Assembly (NCBI GenBank): GCA_043228905.1
Contig: JBHGNT010000001.1
Location: 19,406,001-19,470,000 of the forward strand
Direction of reading: 5' to 3'
Origin: Azolla caroliniana
Taxonomy: Eukaryota > Plantae > Polypodiophyta
Length of the DNA: 64,000 bases
Position numbers and translations under genes: made by a program. Positions 13,546 to 24,150 of the stretch are shown one piece after another (positions within the stretch are counted from its first letter, which is position 1; every line of letters starts with the position of its first letter). The notes under the pieces are model-generated. The model saw nothing but the letters and a program-made list of their open reading frames with translations, did no database searches and was not told the DNA's origin.

Positions 13546-16500
13546 AGGGACGGGTCCGACATGCCATGGCACTGTCCCATAGGCGTGCCAAGTGTTGTCC
13601 GCCGGTGTTGTCTACTGGACCTAACGCATAAACAAGTAGAATATATTATTAGAAGTGTTAAAGAAATGCACGTAACAGATCATGCTAGGAGCGTAACGGG
13701 AAAAAAGCCATGTGTATATAAAGGGCGGAAATCCTCTATAAAGGGTTAGCGTGTATTTGGTGAGCTACCCTTTTGGTAATACAATACTATCTTCTCTTAT
13801 TCTCGTGTCTATGTAAGTCATCTTTTGCTTCGGTATAGTACTCTGTTGGTAATTGTGGGCTAGTAATAGTAGGGTGAGTGTGTATACGAGATTACGCATT
13901 GGTGAGCTTCGGTTCTAGCCGTCTCCCTTCAAGCCCAGACAATACACGTTGCTTTGTAAGCCTATTACGCTTCATGCACCTACGGATCTATTTCTTGCAC
14001 CGCAGTCATCTTGAAGTCTACCTCGAAGGACTGAGAGTAGACAGTGTTCCTAATCAGTAACACTTCTCAAGGCCAAATTTCCGTGAAATGACACAGTCCC
14101 GAACAAGGCAGATTTCGCCAATTGCATGTTGAAGCATTCTAGGACATGGCCGATGTAGTCGGATTGAGATAGAAACAATTGTCTTCGATTTCAATTCCGA
14201 CTAATTTTTATACTAAGGATGTGTGGTGTCGGACCGAGGTTGCAAAACAAGTTCGGTGAGTTCTCCATCATGGTGACCGGAGATGAGCATGTCGTCCACG
14301 TAGATGATGACGAAGATCGGTAATCGATCCTAGTCCTCATCGCTCTTTGAGAAGCCGATTGATCGGATGAAGTCGTCGAACTTCTTGTATCATTGTCGCG
14401 GCGCCTGTTTCAAGCCGTAAAAACTCGTCCTGAGTCAGCAGACTATATGTTCTTGACTAGATACCACGAAGCCTTTCGGCTATTCCATATAAATTTCGAC
14501 CTCAATACCACCATGGAGGAAAGCCATTTTGACATCTAGTTGAATCAGCTCCAAATTCTCAGCTGCCAATACGCCGACCATAAAGCCAAGGGTGGTCATT
14601 TTCACCACTGGTGAAAAGCTTTCGTGGAAGTCGACGCTGTATTCCTCTCAAAAACCCTTTGCTCCTAATCTGGCCTTGAATTTCGGGGTGGCCAAATCAG
14701 ACGTCTCCTTAACTCGATAAACCCACTTACATGGAAGGCCACGTTGATGCTTCAGTGATTCGACCAAGTCCCAATGTTGAGTGTCAAGCTCAAATTTGGG
14801 TGCGTAACACAGTTCGTAACCCAGTGCGTAGACTGGGTGCGTAAAATAGTACACATACCATAAGCCATAGTGGTGCGTAAACCGCACCCACCTAACCTCG
14901 CATCCTCCGGTATGTGCCAGAATAGACTTCTACCGGAGAAGATCGGCCCGCGGATATCTCTCGCTCCTGTTCACCACCCGCTCCGAACAGGTCGTCATCG
15001 TCATCCATGTCCTCTGGGTCTGCTTTGTCCTCGTGCCGCTTCTTGAATGCCTTGATCCTCTTCCCGGCTACCAGCACAACTATTCTCGTTCCGTCGAGCT
15101 CCGCGAGATGGTAGGTGCCGTTGTTGTTGGCGCTTGTCACCGTGTAAGGCCCGAACCACCTCCTCGCAAAATTCCGCATTGCCATGTGTTGGTTGTGGAG
15201 GCTGTTGTCATAGACTAGAACCTAGTAACCTTCCGCGATTTTATTTGGTCATAGTCTGTGAGTCCGGTCGAATCACCCCTTGTTCTTCGTCCTTGCCACA
15301 CGCAGCTTCGTCGTTGCTCGTTCTACATCCTCCAGTCTTCGCTCGAGTTGTACACCGTGGTGAGCGAGAGTTTAACCCCTAACCGTTCAAACAGCTCTTT
15401 GGCCTCTTGTGCATCCAGTTCTCCACGGTCCGCTATGATTTTCCCTACGCACCCGTACCGACATACCACCTCCTCGATGAGGAACTGGCACACGGCTGTG
15501 GTTGTGTTTATCGATAACGCCTGGTCCTCCACCTGGTTCGTCAGGTCCTCTCGTGCTAGCACCAGGTATCACATTTGCCCTACCCCCATCGGCATCGTTA
15601 CCAGATCCACCATCCACTCGAAGTGGACGGTTGGCGGGTAAGTCGGGTCTAGGTCGTCCCAATGTCAGACTATGGAATGCTTCTGATAGCTTTCGCAAGT
15701 CGTTACGAACTGCTGCACGTCCCGGTATAGTCCCGGCCACCAATACTTCTCCTTCAGTTTTTCGAACGTGACCCATGTCCCCCGGTGCCCGGCCCAAGAA
15801 CTCTTGTGGTACGCCATCAACAATGCTTCCTGCTCCTCCTTCCTCGCCACTACCCGGAGTGGGACGATGTCTCGCTTCTTCAGGTGCTTCCATATGCTCC
15901 CATCCCATAGGAAGAATCAGTACGCTTTCTTCCGGATCTGGTTAGCCTCTTTCTTTGTCCATGCCACGTCCGGCGCCATCCTTCTCATGAACCCTCCAGT
16001 CTGGAACCACTCCCCCTCATACCCGCTCTCGTCAAACTCGTTAAGCACCGGGTTGCTCCCCCTTTTCGTCTTCACGTAAGCTGTCTCGAAGAAGTGCACG
16101 CCAACTTCCTCGTCCTCTGAAACCATGCCGTTTTCATCATCAAACCTTGCTCTTGAAAGCATGTCAGCCATGGCGTTTAGGGTTTAGAGCCGTATCTCTG
16201 AATTCAGAGACTTAATGTACGCTATCCACCTGAGCATTGCCAGGTCTGGCGTCGCGCATCCAGAAATCATACCGAGAATCGGTAAGTAGTCTGTCTCTAT
16301 TATTACCTCTATCCTGATCAGGTAGTCTTTGTCAGCCTTGACCGCCGAAACGATACCCCAGAGTTCGCGTTTAACCTGGGCGTATCCTCATTGTCGCACG
16401 CTAAGTACTTTCGCACCAAACCGGATGGGGAACCTTGCGCCGTTCTCATCCTCCCGGTTGATCACCCATCCGATCCTCGTCGGACTCGTGTCTACGGTTA

Positions 16501-18314
16501 CATAAATCTGAATGTGTCTATCGTAGACTGCTTTCCAGAGTGTCGGTGCTGTGGCCAGCGCTTCTTTCATTCTCCGGACTAACTCTGCATGCTCCCTGCT
16601 CCACTTGAACTTGTGCCCTTTCTTCAACAACCCGTAGAGTGGCTCCGTGATATGGGCGTAATGCGGGATCCAAATGTGGTAGAGTGTGCTAGCTCCCAAG
16701 AACCTCCAGACTTCTGTAACCGACCTGCAGTCTTCCTTCATCGTGGAGATGGCTTCCACCTTACCCGGGGACGGTTTCCGGTCGTAAGGCCCGCACAAGT
16801 GTCTGAAGACCATGATTTCCAACTGTCCAAAAGTCGACTTTCCCCCGGAGAAGGTGAGCCGCGTGCCTTCTAGCCTTTGCAGCACCTTCTCGCAATCCCC
16901 GATGTGGTCTGAGATGAATTTCCGACACCCGTCTAGTCCGACCGTTTCGTCCTTATCCTGCATCGGACATCCCTTGATCAGAATGTCATCCAAAAATGGC
17001 ATGGTGATTTCCGGGATGCAGTCCCTTAGTACCTTATTCATTGCATTCACCATGTGCGCTATCGAGTTCGTCCCTCCTTGCAGAAGGGTACACATCCACA
17101 CTAGGCTGAGAGGAGTCTACATTGTCGTAATATCCTTGCTCTCTATGACTAGTTGGAATTGGACGTACCCCGAGTACAGGTCCCCGACTGAGTAAATCCA
17201 CCTTCTGGCTAAGGCCTTCGCGAACTCGTCAATGGTCGGTGCAATTCCTATGTTAGGAATGGTCACCTTGTTGACCGGCTGCAGGTCTTGAATAAAGCGC
17301 AATGTGTCGTTCTTCTTTGGCACGGTAAACCACAGATTCAAGTACGGGGCAGTCAACGGTTCGAGGATGCCCATCTCCACCTTCTGCTTCAGTAGCTCCA
17401 TCAACTTTGGGATGTGAGCTCTGGGCATTGGAATCGGCTTGAGATTCCACGGCACATGCGGTACTGTGAAGATCACCATTGGTTCCACGATTGTTGGGTC
17501 TATGCACCCGATCTCCCCCGGTGTGAATGCGAAGGCCCTCCCGTGCTTTTCGAACATTCCCCAAAACCGGTCCTCCTCCGCCGGCAATAGAAAGACACCC
17601 TGTTATGTACACATAACGTTGGTGAGGGTAGGTCACTAATATTTACATTAGTGAAGGGTATGTTCACTATTATTAAAAAGGGGACTAATGATTGGATAGA
17701 ATGAATGATATGTGCAAGCACTATCATGATTTAGACAACCAATGAATAGAGAGCCTTTTAGAAAGGCACATCTATTCAAGGGGCCTAGGAAAAGGTATAA
17801 ATATGAGGCTTAGCTACCCTCATAGGGATCATCACGTCGGAAGGCTGCTGTCGTAGACACCGGTGGTGCGGGCTAGGCTTTCGTCTCGACGATCGTGTTT
17901 ATCTCTTCCAAGGTATTAGTCATCCTAATATCCGGCGGTATGGGACGTCGGTGGTAGGTTGGCTATGTCTAGATCATAGCTCGGGGGTGGTCGGGTGGAA
18001 CGGGTTCTTCTATCCAATCTATTTTCTTCCTTTTTACTTGATTTGGTCTATTGATTAGTAATAAACTCTTAACAGTGGTATCAGAGCTTTTACTAACAAT
18101 TTTTTTTGTTGTTTTGATGTTTTTTGCGTGTGAGCGAGGGGGATCTAACAAGGCTCGTCATGCTCTTCTCAGGATCAAAACAACACTCTAAACCCGGTAT
18201 TCTTCTTTTTTGATCTCTTCTCTTTTTCTATTATGCGTTCTTTATGGTCGAATCAAATTGGTATTACGTTTTATTCTCTTTCTTTCTACCTCCTACTACG
18301 CTACGATTTTACTT

Positions 18315-18760
18315 ATTATTATGCATCGGGCCGAGCGTGTTTGCACTAATCGCACACGCTCAACTCATGGCCTTTTGCATATTGCGATATATATCCCACT
18401 CTCTCCTCTCTTGAACTCTTACGATAATAATTATTCTTGTGCATTGGGTCGAGCGTGTTTGCTCTAATCGCACACGCTTATCTCATGGCCGTTTTGCATA
18501 TGATGTTGAGTATACCACTCTTCCCCTCTATTGAGCCATCACTTGGCCGATTCTAAGGGACGATGTGGCCTTGACGAGGTGTATGTTGCCTACCTATGCC
18601 ACTCTACTCTCTATTAAGCCATCAATTGGCCGATTCTATGGGATGTTGTGGCCTTGACAAGGTATATGTAGCTTACATATGCCACTTTCCTCTTTAATTA
18701 GCCATTACTTGGCCGATTCTAGGGATATGTGGTGGTCTTGAGGAGGTGCATGTCAACTAC
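18315..18760 (+). repeat. Tandem repeats in the chromovirus 5' leader (two hairpin-bearing ~115-bp units, then three ~85-bp units)
   Basis: GAGCGTGTTTGC.CTAATCGCACACGCT twice; TTGGCCGATTCTA..GGA...GTGGCCTTGA..AGGT three times. Confidence 0.8.
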
Positions 18761-19746
18761 CCTAGGGTTTCGTATCTTAGGGCATGTTTGATTCCATACA
18801 CCTAATTGTTGATTATTCTAATTAAATTTTAATTTCATAAGTATTGTTTCACTTATATGATTTTCAAGTAATTATTATTTACCCGCCCACAATTAACTCT
18901 CCTTTTTCCACTTCCTTTTCATGTATAAAGTATTTACATCGTTTATTTTTAATGTAACCTTTACGTGAAGACTATTTTTTTCGTATGGAGTGGCTTGTTG
19001 AACGATTTTTTTTCAACGGGTCATCTAGGTTTAACTCTTATCATCAAGCCTTAGAAAACGAGTAAAACCATATGCATTCCCTTATTGATGTTTTACTCAT
19101 GGATTTGAGTATTACATCTTTGCGCACAACACCGTCATCACTTGTATCAATTTGTGGCTTATGTCACAATTGTGCAAGTTATAACAATCATATTGGGATG
19201 TATATGTGCATACCTTGCACTTCCCATTTATTTGTGACATTGTTTTTTTCGTAGGTAACACATGGGTTTTTTTTTTTTACCCTTGTTTTCGTCACTACTT
19301 AACTCTTATGAGTAGTGCCTTATTTTATCATTTTATCATCACGTTTGCTTATTGCTCGCAAGACTAGAATATTACTTGTGAGTGCACTTGTTTTTTCACG
19401 TAATACACTTTCTCGACCATATAATACATGATGGGTTGGCATTAATATAAGGCTATCTAGGAAATTTCATTGATGTAAGAACCATGGTTGAGCCTCGGGG
19501 AGCCGCCATGATTACTCAAGATAGAGATCCGAGAAATACATCTTAGCTATGTTTTCCCCCATGGTTTTTAAAACACCATAGTGTTACCATAGTTATCGGA
19601 TCTCGAATCACATCTCATATGTCTAGAGGGGTAAAGACATGAGATACTTTCTTGGATAAAGTTCTTTCAATCAAAATTTCAAGCATTCATTTTGCTTGTG
19701 TATTTTCTGAACCTCCTTATTTTATTGCATACCCACAGCGTGCATC

Positions 19747-22700
19747 ATGGAACAAGTTTTGAACGTAGTTGGAACGATCTCTCCAAATGAGACCTCTCAA
19801 CCCCAATCCGCATCTCGCACACAAGCTGAGATCACTATTGAGCAATTGCTCACTACTACCTTGAATCAATTGGCCGAAATGAGACAGGCCAATATGGCAT
19901 TGGAAAAGAAATTCCAAGAATTAACTATTGAGTCCAAGAAAGAAGGTGAACCTTCCTTCGTAGTCACGCCTTTCAAGGGAGATAAGAAAGAAAGAACCGA
20001 GGAGGCCATTAGCACTTGGCTTGGTCGTTGGGAGTCTCACTTTGAGCTTCATCCCAAGCCCGATGCAGTAAAAATTGGTTATGTCGGTCGTGAGTTAGGT
20101 GGCCGAGCTGCTGCTTGGTGGCGTGGCCTAAGGACCGCAAAAAACTTACCCACAACTTGGGAAGGTTTCGTTGATGTTTTTAAGAAACAATTCTTGCAGC
20201 CACCTTCTCAAACCGAACAAGCGCAGCACTTGCTCACATTGTCTAGTAAGCCATTTACCTCTCTCGAGGATTATGTGCATCACGCTCAGACCCAGATCCA
20301 AAAATCGGGACTTACGGGTGAGAAATGGTTTGTTGCTTGTTTTTTGAATGGTATTTCCAATGGGGATTATCATTGGATTGTCCATGACAAGGACCCCACA
20401 ACTTTCGAGGAAGCCGTCAACATTGTGCTGCGATACCATAGGACTTCCAAGAAAGACCACAATAAACCTGAGTTCGCCAAAACTCCGAATGTCAAGTTCA
20501 TTGGGAAACGTAAGCAATCCAGTGACACTCTTGACCGCGACTCAAAGAAACCGAACCTCTTCTGTGCATATTGCAAGAAGCGGGGCCACACAAAGGATAC
20601 CTGTCGTCGTCTTGAGAGGAAGTCAATGAACACCCCTCCTCAAGACAAATCTACGAGTCACACAGGTGAGTCTTTTGATATTGTTGAAGTTCATACCAAT
20701 CACTTAAGTTTATGTGAATGCACTTTTCCTTCACATTTACTTGGACCTAATGATTTACTCCGAGCAGTCGGATATATCAATGGAACACAAGCACATTTCT
20801 TGTTTGATTCCGGTAGTTCTCACAATTTTCTTAATGATCACTTTGTGCAGCAAATGGAGCTCCACATAAATGCAAGTGATCATATCTATCAAGTTCACAT
20901 GGCAAATGGAAACGTTCAATACATCAGTGGCATTGTTTGTCAACTGCCAATTCAAATAGATACTTATTTGGAGAAGCTTGACTTTCATGTTATGAAATTA
21001 CAATCCGCAGATGTCATTTTAGGATATCCTTGGTTTTTTAATAAAAACCCTTCTTTGTCCATTGATTGGGTTAATCACTCAATCACATTTGAACTTAATA
21101 ATTGTAAACATTTTATTCAATGTTCCAAACTTCCTTCTCATTCACTTGTGTCTTCTAAATCTTTAAGTGAGTATTCTAGTTCATTAATTTATTCGTGTGT
21201 AATTGATCCTGCGGTTCAATTTTATTATTTTAATATTGACGCCACACAATTACCACATTTTGAGCAACGATTACTCGACTCTATTTTAGAGGATTTTCAA
21301 GATGTGTTTCCTACTGAATTACCGCTTACTTTACCACCTAAACGTAATGTGGACCATCAAATTGAACTCATCCCTGGGGCTGCTCCTGTGAGCATTCCAC
21401 CTTACCGACTTAGTCGATTAGAAGAGGATGAGATCGCTAAACAACTTAAGGAATACTTGAGTATGGGCCACATTAGGTATAGTAAATCACCTTGGGGTGC
21501 GCCAGTTCTATTAGTCAAGAAGAAGGAAGGTTCGTGGCGAATGTGTATCAATTATCGCCGTTTGAATAAAATGACAATTAAGAATGCATATCCATTACCT
21601 CGTGCCGATGATTTGATTGATCGTTTGCACGGGGCTCGATATTTTACGAAAATTGACTTACGAACTGGTTATCATCAGATTCGCATCGCCGAGGATGATA
21701 TTCCTAAAACCGCTTTTCGTACGCGCTATGGCCATTATGAGTTTTTAGTCATGCCGTTTGGGTTGACTAATGCTCCAGCCACATTCCAACAAGCGATGAA
21801 TGATGTTTTCCGAGATCAACTCAGTGATTTTGTTGTCGTCTTCTTGGATGATATTTTGATATATAGCCGTACCTTGCAAGATCATGTTCAACATGTTCGA
21901 TTTGTTTTGCGAAAGTTGCGTGACAACTCTTTCTATGCAAAACATTCAAAATGTGACTTCTTCCAAAAATCTATTGTGTACCTAGGTCATTTAATTACAG
22001 AAAATGGCGTTGAAATTGAACCTTCTCGTATTGAAAAGGTTAAACTTTGGCCCATTCCTCGTAATATTCGTGAACTTAGATCATTCTTAGGGTTTGTTGG
22101 ATTTTTACGAAAATCAATTCGTAACTATTCCAAATTGACTACGCCATTAACTGACCTTTTAAAAGGTCATCCACGTAAGTCTGTCAAACCAATTTCATGG
22201 AATGAACAACTTGACAAATCATTTGAGACACTCAAGGAGCATGTGTGTCAGGCTCCCACTCTTCTATTACCAGACCCTTCTAAGCCTTTCTCAATTGAAA
22301 CCGATGCTAGTGATTATGCTATTGGTGCCGTTCTTTATCAAGGTGGTCACCCTATTGCTTTTGAAAGTAAGAAGCTTGATGCTGCTCAATCTCGGTATTC
22401 GGTTCAAGAGAAAGAGTTGTTTGCGGTGATACACGCACTTAAAACATGGAGGCACTATCTCTATGGAAATAAATTTGTGGTTACAACAGACCATCAATCA
22501 TTAAAGTATTTTTGTGACCAGCCCGATCTTGTTGGTCGTAAAGGCCGTTGGGCTGACCTTATGCAAGATTTTGATTTTTCCATATGCTATCGCAAGGGTT
22601 CTATGAACACCGTTGCTGATGCTCTTAGTCGCATTAAAGAAGTTAACATGCTTAGCTTCACGGAAATAAAATCTGATCTTTTAGATCACCTTCGAGGGAA

Positions 22701-24150
22701 ATACCTTGATGACAGTTATTTCTCAAAATACTGGACGAAAGCCGAATCTGGTTTAGATGCCGATACTAGCACCCTACCCTCGAAGGCGACCTTTCACATT
22801 ACAAACGGTTTGCTCTACCGTAGTGGAAAGGTCTGTGTTCCAGATTTACCAAATGTTAAACAGAAAATTTTTCATGAATGTCATGATGCACCATCTGCTG
22901 GTCATCCTGGAATACAACGCACACTCGTTCTCATCTCGTGTACTTTTTTCTGGCCTAAGATGCGCTCTGACGTGCATAAATACGTAACTCAATGCTTACA
23001 ATGTCAGATTAATAAGTCGGAACGACTTAAAGCTGCTGGTCTATTACATCCCTTAGATATTCCCAACAATAAATGGGAAAGTATCTCGATGGATTTTATT
23101 GTTAGTTTACCTCGTACACAGAGGGGTCATGATGCCATATGGGTTGTCGTTGACAGGCTAACAAAATTAGCTAGATTTATTCCTACAAAAACCACGGTAA
23201 CCGCTCAACAGTTGGCTTATCAATTTGTTGATGAGTTATTTCGTTTTTATGGATTACCGATGGATATTGTTAGTGATCGAGATTCCAAGTTTACTAGTGA
23301 CTTTTGGACTCAGGTCTTTAAGAAACTAGAAACTACGTTGAGCATGAGTTCCGCAGATCATCCTCAGTCTGATGGACAAACTGAACGAGTTAATCAAATT
23401 ATTGAGGACATGCTTCGAGCTTATGTAGCAAAAACCCCTTCTAAGTGGGAGCAATACCTTCCTATCTTAGAATTTGCCTATAATAGCTCTAAACATACAT
23501 CCACTGGATATAGTCCTTTTATGTTGATGTATGGTTTTCAGCCACGTGCCCCAGTTGATGTCACGATTCATCGTGATACATTAGACAGTACACGCAATTT
23601 TTTGCAAGACATGAACCAAATGTTGCATATTGCCAAAGAAAATGTCAAGACAGCTCAAGATCGTGCTCGATTTTATGCTGATCAGGATAGACGTCCTCGT
23701 GCATTTACTATTGGTCAAAAAGTTTTTTTGCGTGTCCCGACTGATTCTACGTCATTATCTACGGGCAAGTGCGCTAAGTTAGCCCCACGATATTGTGGCC
23801 CATTTGAAATCCTTAAGCGAGTTGGGTCATCTGCTTATCACCTTGCCTTACCTCGTAACGTTGGTATTCATCCTGTTTTTCACGTCAGTCGTCTAAAACC
23901 ATTTTTAGGCTCTGGTGATAACACCATCACAATCCAAGATCTTGTAACATTAGAGGATTTTTCTTACAACCCTCATGTTCCTGAACGAATTCTTGATTCT
24001 CGTACTAAACGTTTACGTTCTAAAGAGATTCGGCTATTCAAGATCAAATGGATGGATAAACCTATTGATGATGCCACATGGGAACGCGAGCATTCGCTTA
24101 AGGCACAATTTCCTCACTTTATATTGCAAGAGTGCAATCTTTTGAAGTAG
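19747..24150 (+). CDS. gag-pol polyprotein (gag, CCHC knuckle, protease, RT, RNase H, integrase, chromodomain), 1467 aa
   Basis: [53 protein letters not shown], chromodomain ERILD..IKW....DATWE. Confidence 0.97.
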   Translation: MEQVLNVVGTISPNETSQPQSASRTQAEITIEQLLTTTLNQLAEMRQANMALEKKFQELTIESKKEGEPSFVVTPFKGDKKERTEEAISTWLGRWESHFELHPKPDAVKIGYVGRELGGRAAAWWRGLRTAKNLPTTWEGFVDVFKKQFLQPPSQTEQAQHLLTLSSKPFTSLEDYVHHAQTQIQKSGLTGEKWFVACFLNGISNGDYHWIVHDKDPTTFEEAVNIVLRYHRTSKKDHNKPEFAKTPNVKFIGKRKQSSDTLDRDSKKPNLFCAYCKKRGHTKDTCRRLERKSMNTPPQDKSTSHTGESFDIVEVHTNHLSLCECTFPSHLLGPNDLLRAVGYINGTQAHFLFDSGSSHNFLNDHFVQQMELHINASDHIYQVHMANGNVQYISGIVCQLPIQIDTYLEKLDFHVMKLQSADVILGYPWFFNKNPSLSIDWVNHSITFELNNCKHFIQCSKLPSHSLVSSKSLSEYSSSLIYSCVIDPAVQFYYFNIDATQLPHFEQRLLDSILEDFQDVFPTELPLTLPPKRNVDHQIELIPGAAPVSIPPYRLSRLEEDEIAKQLKEYLSMGHIRYSKSPWGAPVLLVKKKEGSWRMCINYRRLNKMTIKNAYPLPRADDLIDRLHGARYFTKIDLRTGYHQIRIAEDDIPKTAFRTRYGHYEFLVMPFGLTNAPATFQQAMNDVFRDQLSDFVVVFLDDILIYSRTLQDHVQHVRFVLRKLRDNSFYAKHSKCDFFQKSIVYLGHLITENGVEIEPSRIEKVKLWPIPRNIRELRSFLGFVGFLRKSIRNYSKLTTPLTDLLKGHPRKSVKPISWNEQLDKSFETLKEHVCQAPTLLLPDPSKPFSIETDASDYAIGAVLYQGGHPIAFESKKLDAAQSRYSVQEKELFAVIHALKTWRHYLYGNKFVVTTDHQSLKYFCDQPDLVGRKGRWADLMQDFDFSICYRKGSMNTVADALSRIKEVNMLSFTEIKSDLLDHLRGKYLDDSYFSKYWTKAESGLDADTSTLPSKATFHITNGLLYRSGKVCVPDLPNVKQKIFHECHDAPSAGHPGIQRTLVLISCTFFWPKMRSDVHKYVTQCLQCQINKSERLKAAGLLHPLDIPNNKWESISMDFIVSLPRTQRGHDAIWVVVDRLTKLARFIPTKTTVTAQQLAYQFVDELFRFYGLPMDIVSDRDSKFTSDFWTQVFKKLETTLSMSSADHPQSDGQTERVNQIIEDMLRAYVAKTPSKWEQYLPILEFAYNSSKHTSTGYSPFMLMYGFQPRAPVDVTIHRDTLDSTRNFLQDMNQMLHIAKENVKTAQDRARFYADQDRRPRAFTIGQKVFLRVPTDSTSLSTGKCAKLAPRYCGPFEILKRVGSSAYHLALPRNVGIHPVFHVSRLKPFLGSGDNTITIQDLVTLEDFSYNPHVPERILDSRTKRLRSKEIRLFKIKWMDKPIDDATWEREHSLKAQFPHFILQECNLLK

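Larger units (their letters stand above)
6206..14062 (+). mobile_element. Hybrid gypsy 'B': family-X 5' LTR (6206-6546) and tRNA-Arg PBS, then family-Y gag 3' end/PR/RT/RH/IN/accessory ORF and family-Y 3' LTR (13593-14062)
   Basis: Perfect TSD CTTCT; removing the insert restores the host copia frame (LEK|VPTTDN). Motifs CIIDGGSDVN, WLSPIVVVPKKNGKIRICVDY, VDASD, WTG.YWI. Confidence 0.88.
5712..14780 (-). mobile_element. Degenerate copia '0': LTR 5712-5883, RNase H end 6090-6205, RT remnant 14063-14780; host of the 6206-14062 insertion
   Basis: WDLVE..CKWVYRVKE..FKARL.AKGF and LEKVPTTDNVADAMT. PPT GGGGGAGTTT precedes the LTR on the minus strand. Confidence 0.82.

Noticed and set aside
18315-18500. 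Retrozyme-type hammerheads in the chromovirus leader hairpins
   Set aside because: No CUGANGA/GAAA catalytic core on either strand.
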